The notes below the pieces were generated by a model, which did no database searches, had not been told where the DNA came from, and was given only the letters and a program-made list of their open reading frames with translations. The position numbers were made by a program, and so were the translations under genes. This document shows positions 63,061 through 64,000 of a stretch of DNA of 64,000 nt, piece by piece; the stretch's first letter is position 1, and each line of letters opens with the position of its first letter. This stretch comes from Stylophora pistillata (taxonomy: Eukaryota). The stretch is from positions 1 through 64,000 of the forward strand of contig NW_019218625.1 in assembly GCF_002571385.2 (NCBI RefSeq). Reading direction: 5' to 3'.

Positions 63061-63704
63061 TAATAATTGGTGAATTTGTTTCACTCACCCTCATGTAGAT
63101 GATTCATCATTCCACCATTTCATGTACATTGCATGTTACATGCCCATGTTTATTGTTGTAGGAAGAACTACTGACAGATCTTGAAGCTCAGTTTGAGGAT
63201 GATGATCTCCAAGGTAGTTAAGTCGACTTGATAATAATAAATGCAATTTATGATTACGTTTCTGTCAGCATCGAGCACCATAGTTATAGAAGTTTACTTT
63301 CACATTTAAGCTTCCCTCAAAAAGTTGATTCCTGCTACTGCAGTCATCATTTAACTCTCTCTACATTGATTAAAAAGTGATACACAATACACTTTTTTTT
63401 TGTAATATGTAGTTTGTTTATTCCATCTAGCAGAAATTATGTACTTAAAAAATCTTATTTAAGGTTAAAAAAAATACATATTATTATATTTACAATTACA
63501 ACATCGATTCAAAATTGATCTACAGTACATTTGATTTTGAATTTGTGGATATGAGGGGTAAAGATGATAGGTAAATGATAAGAAAAAATAAAGAATAACT
63601 ATTTTACTCTTGTACACCTTTTGGCTCAATACATGGAGGTCACTGCATTGTTTCTCGTGTTACAGAAACCTCTGATACAGAAAAGGAAACTGAAAGTCAA
63701 GAAG
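54217..63704 (+). CDS. FLCN: Folliculin, 5' part; continues beyond the window
   Basis: Exons 54217-54285 ([23 protein letters not shown]), 56239-56315, 56738-56828, 58189-58322 (VRQACVRS), 59342-59464 ([16 protein letters not shown]...SRGFQRW), 59808-59873 (YSII...[10 protein letters not shown]), 60596-60632, 61001-61091, 61260-61327, 62323-62415 (SWMLKACG...EKLLEGPP), 63162-63213, 63666-63704. Confidence 0.95.
54957..56165. repeat. Array of ~250-bp units each containing a tRNA-Thr(AGT)-like pseudo-tRNA: three direct copies, then two inverted copies
   Basis: Unit starts at ~54961, 55216, 55465 and 55716; orientation flips at ~55722. Plus-strand tRNA-like heads (ggcttgttagctcaattggtagag...ggttcgaatcc) at ~55724-55791 and ~55976-56047. 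Confidence 0.85.
61723..62266. mobile_element. Kolobok-type MITE in an FLCN intron
   Basis: TTAA|agtgtctatacggccaaca ... tgttggccgtatagacact|TTAC terminal inverted repeats. Confidence 0.75.
63018..63062. repeat. (TTA)n microsatellite
   Basis: Direct reading. Confidence 0.95.
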
Positions 63705-64000
63705 GTAATTAAAACTTAACCTACATAAATGACAAAGACGAATTTGTTTAACTGTGTTACTCAATGAAAGCCGGTTGCCGTCTGTATAAGACCTCTTACG
63801 GTCATCTGTTTATCCCATTTCCAGGCACTGCCGATTACACCATCGGCTGCCAGTTATAGAAAAAGTTATTGACACCTCCGGGAGAGGAAGTGATGGCTGT
63901 TTTTTTTTGCATGTAGCAAAATCTTGATGGTGACCTACATTGTTCGTGTGGTCCGAAAATAACATCTACACTACACACATTAGGCAAATCCCGTATAATA

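Noticed and set aside
63825-63900. Further FLCN exon after the acceptor-like ccag at 63824
   Set aside because: The required phase hits a stop within 12 codons and shows no folliculin similarity.

Overview
AT-rich, intron-containing animal genomic DNA, probably from an anthozoan/stony coral (inferred from the repeat types and gene content). It has two N-gaps (1119-1778, 22800-22934). I assembled spliced gene models by hand from GT-AG sites and reading-frame continuity. Bases 1-53 kb form a tandemly duplicated, complement-like cluster of secreted-protein genes: (i) the 3' part of a CCP-CCP-serine-protease gene whose catalytic Asp is replaced by Asn; (ii) three intact genes and two pseudogenes of a small family combining discoidin/FA58C-like domains with an unfamiliar Cys-bracketed ~110-120 aa module that looks tandem-Tudor/SH3-barrel-like; (iii) a complete factor B/C2-like gene (signal peptide-6xCCP-vWA-trypsin, ~910 aa, minus strand) plus a pseudogenic copy of its 3' end; (iv) head-to-head with it, a ~824 aa gene of signal peptide-4xCCP-[the same unfamiliar module]-2xCCP-follistatin/Kazal-2xKunitz-NTR (WFIKKN-like tail). 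The last 10 kb hold the 5' exons of folliculin (FLCN). Penelope-like fragments with hammerhead-like cores, Kolobok-type MITEs, an IS3EU-like relic, tRNA-derived SINEs/arrays and microsatellites are interspersed. The best candidate for an undescribed system is the linked protease / inhibitor / putative recognition-protein cluster tied together by the shared module. All functional statements are inference.
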